Shown here one piece after another: positions 62,425 to 64,000 of a stretch of 64,000 nucleotides of DNA. Position numbers and translations under genes: made by a program. Origin of the DNA: Chrysomallon squamiferum (Eukaryota > Animalia > Mollusca); the NCBI GenBank assembly GCA_012295275.1, contig CM022671.1, positions 1,798,001-1,862,000 of the forward strand. Direction: 5' to 3'. How positions within the stretch are numbered: position 1 is the first letter of the stretch; every line of letters begins with the position of its first letter. Under the pieces are notes generated by a model that saw nothing but the letters and a program-made list of their open reading frames with translations, made no database searches and was not told where the DNA came from.

Positions 62425-62880
62425 CATTATCATTGTCATCATCTTTATACAGCTGTGTTGTGAGCATGTTGTTTCCACATCTTCCTGTTTTGTTTCATCA
62501 TCTGCCAAATGTTTCTTGTCCAAAACTCATTTAGTTCATCCTTCCATTGTCTCCCTGGCCTTCCTCTACTGATGTGTACTCTTACATACAGTTGATGTGT
62601 CCTGACCAGTTTGACTTTCATCATCTCAGTTGTTTTTGTATCACTTTTATGACATATATTTTAACTTTTACTCAGATAAATGATGTTTAACTTAATAGTG
62701 TTTTTTCCCATCTTTCTTTCTTTGGCAGCTACTTTGCTCTTTGCTTGTTTACTGAGTGTCCTTGTTTCTGAACCATTTGTCATTGCTGGAACCTGTAAAG
62801 TTGTCTCTTCAAGCAGGTTCCTAAATTTGTCTAGTCAGCTGTGTTCAATGAATTTCATTTTCTTCGTTTTTGTTTGTCCC
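62425..62880 (-). mobile_element. 5'-truncated decayed RTE-clade LINE 3' end
   Basis: Minus strand reads LKRQL..VPAMTNGSETRTLSKQAKSKVAAKERKM and RGRPGRQWKDELNEFWTRNIWQMMKQNRKMWKQH*, then a (GAT)n-like tail. Shares gtaaa..tgtctcttcaagcagg with the copy at about 48550, so it is the same or a related family. Confidence 0.85.
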
Positions 62881-64000
62881 AAATATTTATCAGTTTTTTA
62901 CATCTAGCTTATTATCTACATATGTCTCTTACAAATAAGTTATACAGAAATATTATTTTTTTATTTTGCTTGAGAATGTATTGCTGTGTATATTATCTGT
63001 TACATAATGTTATTGTTATAAAAGTATGAAGATTTTGTTTATATGTATTATTTTAAATAAAGTGTCACTTAGTTAAAGTGTTTTTTTTTTCATTTGAGCA
63101 ACAGCTAAATAGCAAAAGTCAACTCTTCTAACAAGGCATAAACACCCACACATATAATGTTTGTATGCATGTATGTTTATAAACATATGAAATAATCATA
63201 GCAGATTTGCTTTAGTAATTAATTCAAACATTGACATAACTTAGGATCTTACATGGGAAACTCAAAGCAAAGTTTCAAATAAAACGTTATAAACAATTTA
63301 AATGTTTTTTTTTTTTTATCATTCTCCAGTCTACACTCTAAATTCATATTAAATTATAATATAACAAAACATGAATAAATTATTAATATATTATAAATTA
63401 AACATGTTTAATCAGTATTTTAATATTAACTCTTTTAAGCTTCTAATATATACTGTATAATATACAGACACCTGAGAGAGAAACTGGGTTACAAAATAAT
63501 CTCGATAATGATGATAATTTTCGAAAATGAAAAGTATAAAATATATTTAATATACTGTATCCAGCGCATGATATATCGCATGATGATATTTTAAATATGT
63601 GTCGTAATAAAATAATAAATGTAGTATGATGATATTTAAAATATAATATCCTGTACCATACGTTATTATAAGTCACTGCATCGTTTATTTATAAAGAATT
63701 ATTAAACGTTTCATTATTTTAATGTGGGATGCAGTGTTTAATATGATAGCAATACAGTGCTTTACATCATCATACGTTTAGTTGATGCTGAATAAATTTA
63801 TTATCATTATTTTTGTTTGATTGTCATCGTGTTTATGTTTTATAATTTAATAGTAAACGAGACATAATATTTTAATAATTCTCTATAATGTGGCTTTTAG
63901 TGTTCAATAATGTCATACGTTTAACAAGTTTATATGAAGTATGAGTAACCTTTAAACTAGAATTGGGCCACATTAGACATGACTCATCATCAGACAATAA

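Overview
AT-rich, intron-dense animal genomic DNA, probably a lophotrochozoan such as a mollusc (inferred from gene content and repeat style only). I traced five protein-coding genes exon by exon through GT-AG junctions with consistent reading phase. (1) The last 30 exons of BLTP2/KIAA0100/hobbit (+, 218-15632; 5' part is outside the window). (2) A 22-coding-exon coiled-coil gene of about 1311 aa that I identify as a SPAG5/Astrin orthologue (-, 29155-18424). (3) TMEM17 (+, 30349-32695), head-to-head with SPAG5. (4) A single gustatory-receptor-like (GRL/7TMIC) gene with the three diagnostic phase-0 C-terminal introns (+, 36845-39352). (5) A full-length ABCA3-like transporter of about 1650 aa (+, 41255-60216). 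Mobile DNA comprises two decayed RTE LINE copies, an internally deleted Tigger/pogo element, a candidate MITE and faint SINE/LINE relics. The most striking pattern is four independent tandem arrays whose units span an exon-intron junction, stacking up decoy splice sites. All four sit at phase-2 introns, and in each case use of a wrong copy runs straight into an in-frame TAA. Also notable: SPAG5 lies next to BLTP2 as it does in human; the Astrin-like protein has an N-terminal KEN / D-box / SxIP / RVxF motif cluster while its C-terminal PP1 site looks degenerate; and a copy of the TMEM17 intron1-exon2 junction sits inside a SPAG5 intron. Homology calls rest on recalled sequences, not database searches.
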